Virus record (IMG/VR): IMGVR_UViG_3300036791_001038
Location: 13,233 to 77,232 of that record
From: a virus
Reading direction: 5' to 3' (one strand)
Length of the DNA stretch: 64,000 nucleotides
The translations under genes and the position numbers were made by a program. A model generated the notes under the pieces. The model ran no database searches. It was not told the origin of the DNA and saw only the letters and a list, made by a program, of their open reading frames with translations. This document shows positions 54,501-61,666 of this stretch, one piece after another (position 1 is the first letter of the stretch; every line of letters begins with the position of its first letter).

Positions 54501-57332
54501 AACCTGAGTGGAACGCTCGGTCCTATGGGGTCGTATATCGGACTGAATAGCGATATTATCAACACCAACTATTATGACAATATCCAGCTTTCCGGTACCA
54601 AGTATCCCAACATTCGCATCGGTGGTTTCAACGATAACTCGGTGGTGGCCACCTCGGGGATGATGCTGCACAACCTGGTGGTGAAGAACGAGACGCTCAC
54701 CACCACCACCGTCAACGACTTCCTGTTCAATACCCTGCCGTACTGCTCCAAGGGGAAGTTCGCCTCCCAGGACCAGGGCAAGACCGTCAACGCCTACTTG
54801 CGCTTCAACCCCAGCTTCATCTCCACCGACAACCCCTCGGGCATGGTCGGGGGCCAGCCCGCCTTCTACCCGGACCTGTTCTGGACCCCGGTGGCCGGGG
54901 ACTACCTGCTCACCACCGGCTACCTGAAGGTGCCACCCATCCTGGCCAAGTTCTGGAAGGTCGAGATGACCAACCTGGCCCCTGAGCCCTATGAGGGGTT
55001 CCTGCCCACCCAGGTCACGGTCCAGACCTTCTCGGCCACCACGGTGGCGGCCTCCACCACGGTGGCTTCCACGCCTGGCTATCAGGGCACCATGGACCCC
55101 GGCACAGCCACCCTCATCGGTATAGGGCAGGGTCAGAACCCCTGGATCAACTCCGGGACCGGGGGAGCCCCGCTCAACACGATGGCCTCCAGCCTGCAGA
55201 TGAGCCCTACTCAGGTCATGGTGTCCAAGGACCCCGGCGCGGCCCTGCAGATCGGATCGGCCTCCTGGCTGTACAACTTCACCGACATCCGCCAGGGCAT
55301 GAACGCGCCTCGCTTCGCCAGCCCGAGCTTCCACACCTATCAAAACTCTGATGTGGCCTACACCGCCAAGGTGGCCTTCTTCTGCGGATTCAAGCAGATT
55401 CAGGCGGTGAGAACATCGGTGTTAGCCCAGAACGATGCTGATGTTTACTACGAGTATTTCCTGGATGATATGTTCATCGAGTCCAACACCTTCCAGCAGA
55501 ACCCCGGTGATCTGTCCACGCCCATCGACCCGGCGCTGACGACCAGCCTGCCCAATGTGGCCCAGTCGGTCAGCTTCATCTCCACCCATGACGTGACCAG
55601 TCTGCAGTTCGCCACCATCCAGTCGGACGCCGTCCAGGTGGTCCTGGACGACGACATGCGGAACCAGGCCCTCAGCAGCACCTCCTGGCTCGACATCGGT
55701 ACCTGGCATGCGGTGGGCGACGTGACCCCCTTACAGGTCACCTACCTGACCGGCAACCACTCCATCGTCTTCTCCCGCCAGAGCGGGCCTCCTCCCGCGG
55801 CCCAGAGAGCCGGGGGTGCGGTGCATGGGATGATCGAGCCCCTCATCGAGCCACCCCTGGAGACCTTCGGGACCTACGTCCTGCAAAACGTGCTGTCGCC
55901 CGAGGACTCCTCCTTCGAGGGTGGCACCATCGGTGATTACGTCGGGACTAGCTGCACCTTGACCAACTCGACGGCTCAGGCCGAAGACGGCACGCATTCA
56001 TTGGCTCTGACCAATACCATTGTTGGTGATATGTATGCGCGTTTTCCGCATACTACCGTTCCCATTCCCATAACACCGGGTCAAACGTATACTATTCGTG
56101 CCGGTTTTCGTGCAAATACTACGGCTCGAAGCGTGGGTGCTTATATTCAGTGGTACAACGCTGCGGGTACTATGATAAGCCAAGCCGCTACCACTACGGT
56201 CAGCGAAACTCTGGGAGTTTGGACTGACAGCACCACCACAGCGGTAGCTCCGGCCAATGCTGTCACGGTCGATCTCCTTCTCTATGTGTTTGGGGCCGCG
56301 CTTAACGAGGTCCACTATGTCGATAAGGTCTCCTTTGTCGCTCCGGTGAAGCTCTCCAACGCAGGCCAGGCCGCCCTCACCTACGGTGGGATCTGCTCTG
56401 CTCCACTGCTACTCTCGCCGGGCGGGCGGGCCTGGGTGGCGGTGCGCTACACCGTCATCAGCGGGCTGACCTCACCGCTGTTCGTGCAACTGGTGGACAC
56501 CGTCACTGGTCGTCTGATCTGGCAGGCCCAGACCTCGGGAGCCCAGGGGGCGGTGACCGAGTTCATGGCCGTCTATGACATCGGCTCGGTGCCCAATGTC
56601 AACGTGGGTGACGCGCTCTTTGTGCAACTGGTCCAGGACGGCAAGACCAACGACGTGATCTCGGTCGATACGCTCTCGGTCTTCGATGAGTCCATCATCT
56701 GGGAGTTCTCGGTGGATGGCGGCACCACCTTCTGGCAGGGTCTGGACAACCGCAACAATCCCAACGGGGTGGTGCGCTTCCCCATCCCCTCTCAGCAACT
56801 GGTCTGGCGTTGCACCTGCTACCGGGAGTCCATGCACATCTCGGCCCTGCAGATCCGGCCCATCTACGAGGGCCAACTCAACGTGGACGCCAAGCCCTTC
56901 ATGCAAGGGCCAAACCTGTCGGTGTTCGACACCACCCCGGACATCTACACCGACCCCATGTTCACCCAGTGGAGCAACCCGGTGCCGCGCTGGTGGTTCC
57001 TGGCCTTCAAGCAGTACCCGAACCTCTTTCCTGACGGTGTTCCCATCGTCAACGTCTTCTCCAACTTCTACAGCCGGACTACCGCTGACAATCTCGCCGC
57101 CTCTCTCACCGACTCTGCTACGGGTAAGGTTACCGCTAATCCCAGTGCCTTCGAGTTCTTTGGCACCGACAATCCTATGAGTGATTCCGCCACCTGGATC
57201 AATGGTCATTTCACCAGGCAAAGTACGGATGATCTCTCCGGTACCTTCGGTGACTCTGTGAGCTTCTTCGTTGTCACCCCGGCGCAATACGACAACCTCA
57301 TCTCTCCGACCATCCACAAACAGATCATCTAA
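51576..57332 (+). CDS. Large baseplate wedge/tail protein (1918 aa) with lectin-like and CBM-like domains
   Basis: N-terminal DLD.FYG.LFG..R and YR.R...F..AI..GPT..G; ConA/LamG-like WHHVVITV; CBM4_9-like SFEG....A.DGTHSL...PGQTYT. Confidence 0.75.
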   Translation: MSDLTPPGQLQLQPGTPGSASLQTVTQPLLLPLQTDQRFRHFPPQTYDLSPHSNLVRFLRVLLGDAGAGQLRKRLVLSRLGQALSGSYFYDLDSFYGALFGMTREPEEQLPMNPYTDTASNSDWRDAAALDASYRQRLFQFGRAIAYGPTPVGMRLIAEAILSVNCDIYESFVYAANTAMTYLQFQSMIYGPANPNPPPPSLENYTYAQLEGYTGNTPNALLMKQFIISPHRPVTQAEMYNVLQVIEQLKPADAIAQVIGQSPQVYNPVAVAGVWADSNYWEIEPAVTVTSTGAAAPYGAVAPGTVLEPSVPPFNSYQGEQWFYNKDISGALSYLQDFSQNVLANTDTQRIVWSDGTYTDYLPTNAPLPWWMALLGRYSQDGVMAINALSGRGTVNSPVSLSELTFDGLDVDALLSALGQQNINNLQLSSDSLSFWATDARPQDNDDREILEIRFGSSHNINAVSLDVAHFPQHVSVQYFDSPSGAWISMLEHDIIDSVPTVLVNNEDYLFAKTHPQHYGPDHWFNLATKILPVNTQRIRVVLQRRDGRGPVYSYNTTQPAANGGWVTRQIPVPYSLAVRRFKAGFSIEGTDDLPIPHLPATQVIGVGSDIIGSPISYSLYMEEPANAIKTNPVQWRCAPQPLASAVVNFYLDVRTNTGAAQVVDRFYIDPTHLGVHATLYWSNSTPTAAQRHVAQDTPLLYPASNIVGNVAHVPTGLQFPIGTGTNGYVDVPNWALQWDPVQDWWAGLAFLANLAPTTGVLPLIDLLGIQVSYANGAFWIAPNDGSPPISLAVALPLGAMIHLLVGYTATQGWTIAYRIETNDPVIHVVNQVRGSALGQIDTGNTSAQWHVQTGTGFGSSSVQGNPGPSYVVPAHTVVSRSVGPQTTYAYDVWIPTGGLANFYFGCNVSGQGYMARVDTRGTASGIATTTSWTSWGAPIGITGITANVWHHVVITVNGTTSVIMTIDGVVAYSGNLSGTLGPMGSYIGLNSDIINTNYYDNIQLSGTKYPNIRIGGFNDNSVVATSGMMLHNLVVKNETLTTTTVNDFLFNTLPYCSKGKFASQDQGKTVNAYLRFNPSFISTDNPSGMVGGQPAFYPDLFWTPVAGDYLLTTGYLKVPPILAKFWKVEMTNLAPEPYEGFLPTQVTVQTFSATTVAASTTVASTPGYQGTMDPGTATLIGIGQGQNPWINSGTGGAPLNTMASSLQMSPTQVMVSKDPGAALQIGSASWLYNFTDIRQGMNAPRFASPSFHTYQNSDVAYTAKVAFFCGFKQIQAVRTSVLAQNDADVYYEYFLDDMFIESNTFQQNPGDLSTPIDPALTTSLPNVAQSVSFISTHDVTSLQFATIQSDAVQVVLDDDMRNQALSSTSWLDIGTWHAVGDVTPLQVTYLTGNHSIVFSRQSGPPPAAQRAGGAVHGMIEPLIEPPLETFGTYVLQNVLSPEDSSFEGGTIGDYVGTSCTLTNSTAQAEDGTHSLALTNTIVGDMYARFPHTTVPIPITPGQTYTIRAGFRANTTARSVGAYIQWYNAAGTMISQAATTTVSETLGVWTDSTTTAVAPANAVTVDLLLYVFGAALNEVHYVDKVSFVAPVKLSNAGQAALTYGGICSAPLLLSPGGRAWVAVRYTVISGLTSPLFVQLVDTVTGRLIWQAQTSGAQGAVTEFMAVYDIGSVPNVNVGDALFVQLVQDGKTNDVISVDTLSVFDESIIWEFSVDGGTTFWQGLDNRNNPNGVVRFPIPSQQLVWRCTCYRESMHISALQIRPIYEGQLNVDAKPFMQGPNLSVFDTTPDIYTDPMFTQWSNPVPRWWFLAFKQYPNLFPDGVPIVNVFSNFYSRTTADNLAASLTDSATGKVTANPSAFEFFGTDNPMSDSATWINGHFTRQSTDDLSGTFGDSVSFFVVTPAQYDNLISPTIHKQII

Positions 57333-57388
57333 ACCGAGTGGAGGTCCGGCGGTTAGCGGTGATAGGATCTGCTCAGGAGGTGAGTTGG

Positions 57389-57703
57389 ATGTCGTTGCTG
57401 GAGGTGCGCCTGAATGTGACCATGGCACGGCTGCGGGTCATCGAGGAGGCTCTGCACGGCCAGCATGAGTGGTCTATGCGCTTCGTTAGCGCCAATCCCA
57501 CCTGGCAGATCGAGGCCCAGGTCCACTTCTCCGACCAGGGGGTGCAGTTTCTCACCCCGGTCCCGGCTGGCATCAGCTATACCACCGTCGAACTGCTCAT
57601 GGATGACGAGGTCGTTTTGGTTTGCACCGACCCTCATCACTCGGATCATCCTTACCTGTATGTCTGGGGCTTAGATCTGGAGAGTTTCTCCTCAATAACG
57701 TGA
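57389..57703 (+). CDS. Hypothetical protein
   Basis: SD AGGAGG before the ATG at 57389; possible extended -10 TGaTAGGAT at 57360-57368. Confidence 0.6.
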   Translation: MSLLEVRLNVTMARLRVIEEALHGQHEWSMRFVSANPTWQIEAQVHFSDQGVQFLTPVPAGISYTTVELLMDDEVVLVCTDPHHSDHPYLYVWGLDLESFSSIT

Positions 57704-59292
57704 CCTACATCGCCCCTTTTGACCTGAAGCCCTTTCAGGTCGATCTGGTGGTCCAGGGACTGAGCCAGCCATCGCTGTGCATCGGTGCCGACTGCGGGGC
57801 AGGTAAGACCGCCATCGGCCTGTGCATCGCCTGCATGCTCTTGGACGAGGGCCAGATCGACCACGTCCTGCTGGAGTGCGAGAAGGGCAAGCTGGACGAG
57901 TGGGAGCAAGACCTGCGGACCTTCACCCGAGCATCGGTCGGTGTGCTGAGTGGGGGTCCGCAGAAACGCCTCAGTGTGATCACCGACCCGCCCCAGATCA
58001 TCCTGGGGGTCTACGAGACTGTCCGGGGTGAGATCGCCGTGCGGGAGAAGATCCGCCAAGGAGGACGCGAGCGCAACAAGCTCATGCCGGGGCCGCTGGC
58101 CCAGGCCCTGGAGGGCAAACGGGTCCTGCTCATCTGGGACGAGGCCACGGCCAAGCTGGGCGCGGATCGGGGCTCGGCCATGTACAAGCACCATGAGCTA
58201 TTGGTCAAGATCCTGCGGAAGAGCGGCTCGGTGCGGGTCCTGCCCACCACCGCCACCGTGGTGGACCGCGACCCCGAGGGCTGGTTCAACCTGGCCCGGC
58301 TCATGGACCCCCTCTCGGCTGGGCGGGTGGAGGACTTCGAGACCTACCACGTCGGCCGGGACCGCTATGGCAAGGCCATCGTCTTCAAGTGCCTGACCCC
58401 CGAGGACTGCCCGCCGGGAGTGCCATCCCTGCAGGAGAAGATCGGCCATTTGGCTGTCTTCAAGTCCAAGTTCGATCCTGACATTGCCTCATATTTCCCC
58501 AAGATCGCCCCGCCCATTTCCACCTACGTGGACCTGGGTGAACGCCATCAGGAGTTCTACGAGATCATCGCCCAAACCGACGAGGACCATCGGGGCGATT
58601 ATGCCTGGTCGCGTCAGCTATTCGGGGTGTTGCGCCAGATCGCCGGTCATCCGCTGTCCCTGGTCCGCTCGGTGGAGCTAGCCCGCCAGGAGAGGCGGGA
58701 TCTCCCCCAGGTAGCCTCCATGATCGTGCGAGAGGTGGGGGAGGCGGGCCTGGAGGCCCTGGGTGCAGCCAAGCTGGACGTACTGGTGGACCGGCTCAAG
58801 CGGGACGTGAGAGGCGTACAGGCTGTTTGCTTTACCTTCTACGGGCAGTCACTTCTTCCGTTGATCGAGGAGCGTCTGATCAAGGAGGGCTTCGAGGTGG
58901 TGGTCAATCATGGCGGGCTCAGCTACCCTCAACGTCGTAGGGCCATGGCTGACTTCCGCGACGGTGCCCAGATCTTCCTGTCCTCCGACGCCGGGTGCCG
59001 AGGCATCAATCTGCCCGAGGCCCAATGGGTCATCAACTACGAGATGCCCCTGACTCATTCGAAATGGTGGCAACGTTGTCACCGAATCAACCGACTCGAT
59101 AGTAAATGGCCCACCACCTTTGTCATTGATCTGATCGCCCGTAACACTATCGAAGACGGCATCGTAGGACTGGGGCTAAAGCGCCATGCTTGGTCGGACA
59201 AACTCACCGATGATAACGAGGATGGCTCCAACTATCTTTCCGCAGACATTCGCAAGCGGTTGATGAGGATCAGTCGCAAGCAAGGAGTGTGA
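57700..59292 (+). CDS. SNF2-like superfamily 2 helicase/ATPase
   Basis: GTGA-coupled start; ADCGAGKT Walker A, WDEAT, TAT, SSDAG..GINL and QR..RINR. Confidence 0.85.
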   Translation: MTYIAPFDLKPFQVDLVVQGLSQPSLCIGADCGAGKTAIGLCIACMLLDEGQIDHVLLECEKGKLDEWEQDLRTFTRASVGVLSGGPQKRLSVITDPPQIILGVYETVRGEIAVREKIRQGGRERNKLMPGPLAQALEGKRVLLIWDEATAKLGADRGSAMYKHHELLVKILRKSGSVRVLPTTATVVDRDPEGWFNLARLMDPLSAGRVEDFETYHVGRDRYGKAIVFKCLTPEDCPPGVPSLQEKIGHLAVFKSKFDPDIASYFPKIAPPISTYVDLGERHQEFYEIIAQTDEDHRGDYAWSRQLFGVLRQIAGHPLSLVRSVELARQERRDLPQVASMIVREVGEAGLEALGAAKLDVLVDRLKRDVRGVQAVCFTFYGQSLLPLIEERLIKEGFEVVVNHGGLSYPQRRRAMADFRDGAQIFLSSDAGCRGINLPEAQWVINYEMPLTHSKWWQRCHRINRLDSKWPTTFVIDLIARNTIEDGIVGLGLKRHAWSDKLTDDNEDGSNYLSADIRKRLMRISRKQGV

Positions 59293-59642
59293 TGACCGCT
59301 ACTGCTATCATGGATCCGATTCGTGAGCGCATCCCCCGTCTGCTGGATGAACTCTCCTTCGGAGAGGATCTGCAATGGGAAGCCAACTGTCAGCTTCAGC
59401 CCATCCCCGGTGGCATGGCCCCCATGGTGGGCATCATCCTGGTCATGAACTCACCCATCCTGGGCCAGGAGATCCTGGGGGCCGCGGCCGTCCCGTTGGG
59501 CTTGGCCCAGAACGATGAGACGCTCCTCGGTCAACTGCGTCAGATGTGGGAGGGCCTGTGTTCCCAGCGCTCGCAAATGCTGGGCCACGCCAATCCTGGT
59601 GGCCCGATCGTCCTACCCCCGACGAACGGCAACCAGCCTTGA
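59292..59642 (+). CDS. Hypothetical protein
   Basis: SD AAGGAG; coupled to the helicase stop. Confidence 0.6.
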   Translation: MTATAIMDPIRERIPRLLDELSFGEDLQWEANCQLQPIPGGMAPMVGIILVMNSPILGQEILGAAAVPLGLAQNDETLLGQLRQMWEGLCSQRSQMLGHANPGGPIVLPPTNGNQP

Positions 59643-59986
59643 TCATCAACCTTCGCAAGCGCTTCGAGATCGCCGTGGGCAAGGTGATCGGGGAGAGCTT
59701 CTCCGATGGTCCAGAGGACGTGGCTTGGTGGGTGGGCCTGGGCGAGATCAACCTGGGTCCCTGCGATACTTGCGGCAGTGATGTGATCAAGATCTGCGCC
59801 CGTATCCACCTCAACATCTACGATAATGAGGAGGCCAGTCTGGCGGAGCTAACCGCTGATCTTCCTACCATGTTGAATCCCGGTGATATCCGGGCTGCGA
59901 CCAGGGAGATGGTGGATGGGTATCGCATCTCGGCCCTGGAGGAGAGGCTGGCCGGTCATGATCACAGTCGCGAACCGGAGGCTTGA
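59639..59986 (+). CDS. Hypothetical protein with CxxC
   Basis: TTGA-coupled start; GPCDTCG. Confidence 0.55.
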   Translation: MIINLRKRFEIAVGKVIGESFSDGPEDVAWWVGLGEINLGPCDTCGSDVIKICARIHLNIYDNEEASLAELTADLPTMLNPGDIRAATREMVDGYRISALEERLAGHDHSREPEA

Positions 59987-60012
59987 CGGGACCACTTGAG
60001 GTGGTTTACCCT
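59983..60012 (+). promoter_or_regulatory. Host SigA-type promoter
   Basis: TTGACG-18-TACCCT, directly upstream of the structured region. Confidence 0.5.
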
Positions 60013-60017
60013 GCCCG

Positions 60018-60355
60018 GTGCATAGCTGTACCGGTCGGGCAGCCTTGGACGCTACTAAGGAGTGCTGCTTCCAAGGATCCCGCTGTTTGAGTTCCAAAAG
60101 TCCAGCCAGGCGAAGTCCTGACGGGCTGTCTGACCACTCGGTACAGGGCGATCACCTCTCTTTCGCGAGGAGGGTGAGCGTCAGATCCTCCTCCACCGGA
60201 GGATCGGCTCCGACAGGGAGCCAGGCTTTCGCGCCCATCCGCGGATACCCGGCTCCGGGAGTCGCTTGGCTTGGCCGGAGGCCAGACCCCTCTGCCTTTC
60301 GATGCCGCCGCAGGCGGCGGCTTCTCAGGAGGGCTTTTAAACCGTCCTTTGAAGT
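60018..60355 (+). ncRNA. Candidate highly structured ncRNA
   Basis: Nested and serial stems with G-U pairs that work on the + strand; no credible protein; promoter upstream. Confidence 0.45.
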
Positions 60356-60456
60356 TCAACTTCTAACTTATATAGATTCGCGTAAGAGCTTGTCTATTAA
60401 GGCCAATAGCGCAGCGGGCCGGACAAATCGGACAGACCGGCGCTCTCTAGGGTTGC

Positions 60457-60485
60457 TTGACAATCGGGACAGGACCTGCTAAGCT
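60457..60485 (+). promoter_or_regulatory. Strong host SigA-type promoter
   Basis: TTGACA-17-TAAGCT with an extended -10 TG. Confidence 0.75.
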
Positions 60486-60610
60486 CTCGGCCGGAGAGCC
60501 CTGGTCTGTCTCCCCTGGTAAACGGCCGTTTCCTCCCTCTCGGAGGTCGGGGAGCGTTGCCCCAGGGAGGCTCAGCAGGTCAGGGCTCTCCACTTAAAAT
60601 CCACCACAAC

Positions 60611-61000
60611 ATGGAGATCCCATTGCCAGTCAACATTGAGATAACCGACGACGAGATTCTCGTCACCGCCGAGAACGGCACCAGGGTGCGCCTGTCCCGT
60701 CAGGACGGCGTCATGATCCCGCCCCTCAAGGCCAGTGACCTGCCGCGCGCTCGGGCGCGTCGAGTCGCTCAGAGCCTGCCGGACCAGGTCAAGGTCAGCC
60801 CCCGCTGGATCCTCCATGTGGGCGACTTCGTCCTGGGCCAGCACAAGCCCGGCGGCCGCAAGTTCCGAGCCAAGGTCCGGGCCATCAAGGTCGAGAACGG
60901 CACCACCTACGTCCAGGTGGCCGATCCCCGCAACGGCGGCACCTACCTGCTGCCTCTGGACCGCCTCACCCGGCTCTCCCGCAAGGCCCTGGCCTCATGA
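60611..61000 (+). CDS. Hypothetical protein with an SH3-like basic C-terminus
   Basis: Typical codon usage; coupled to the next gene. Confidence 0.6.
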   Translation: MEIPLPVNIEITDDEILVTAENGTRVRLSRQDGVMIPPLKASDLPRARARRVAQSLPDQVKVSPRWILHVGDFVLGQHKPGGRKFRAKVRAIKVENGTTYVQVADPRNGGTYLLPLDRLTRLSRKALAS

Positions 61001-61371
61001 CCGGCTTCGCGGACGGCAAGACCAACTGGCCGCCCAAGCCGGGCCTCCAGGGTGATTACCGCGACACCTGCATCGTCTGCCTGCGGGCCACCGACACGGC
61101 CATGGCCTTTCGGGGTGAGGGCGAGTTCCTGGCCGCCGGGCTCATCTGCCTGGGCGTGCCCCACGATGACGCCATGCGGATCGCCTCGCAGGCTTCCGGT
61201 GACAATGCCGACAACCTGACCATGCGGATCCAGGTCTGCGCTCGCTGCGTGGCCAAGGCCAAGCCCAACTTCCCGGCTCCCAGGGTCCACATGCAGGGGG
61301 CCAACATCCCTCTGGTGGCTCAGAAGCCGCAACTGCTCGGAGACGGGGTGAGCTTGCCTGGAACCGGCTAA
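60997..61371 (+). CDS. Zn-binding hypothetical protein
   Basis: CIVC...CARC. Confidence 0.6.
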   Translation: MTGFADGKTNWPPKPGLQGDYRDTCIVCLRATDTAMAFRGEGEFLAAGLICLGVPHDDAMRIASQASGDNADNLTMRIQVCARCVAKAKPNFPAPRVHMQGANIPLVAQKPQLLGDGVSLPGTG

Positions 61372-61482
61372 AGTGGTATGGGACGACCTGGTGGCGAGGC
61401 TGGATCCTTACTACCGGGGAGAGGGAGGGTTGGACCTGGATCCGCCGCCGGGTCCCCCTCCCTCAGCCAAGTTTCAGTTCAG

Positions 61483-61644
61483 ATGAACTATGCCGACGAG
61501 GATCTCTGTGTCTGTGGACATCCGGCTTCCGATCATCACCGGAGTTGGTTTCGCGGAGGTGCCATGCTGATCGAGGAATGTGAGACCTGGGAGGACGAGT
61601 GTGACTGCCCGAGGTTCGTGCCTGCCCCGACTTGCGCCCTCTAA
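61483..61644 (+). CDS. Small Zn-finger protein
   Basis: CVCGH....H...C....CDCPRF. Confidence 0.55.
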   Translation: MNYADEDLCVCGHPASDHHRSWFRGGAMLIEECETWEDECDCPRFVPAPTCAL

Positions 61645-61660
61645 GGATTCCTGCTAACGT
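61632..61660 (+). promoter_or_regulatory. SigA-type promoter giving a leaderless DinG mRNA
   Basis: TTGCGC-17-TAACGT with TG extension; ATG 6 nt downstream and no SD. Confidence 0.6.
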
Positions 61661-61666
61661 ACTGCC

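Noticed and set aside
36523-57332. Bacterial contractile injection system or tailocin rather than a phage
   Set aside because: Major capsid, scaffold, neck and helicase genes are in the same locus, indicating a complete phage.
60018-60482. 154-aa ORF (and the opposite-strand 60006..60359)
   Set aside because: R/S/P-rich with atypical codon usage and spanning hairpins and a promoter; better explained as non-coding, though a leaderless GTG at 60018 cannot be fully excluded.
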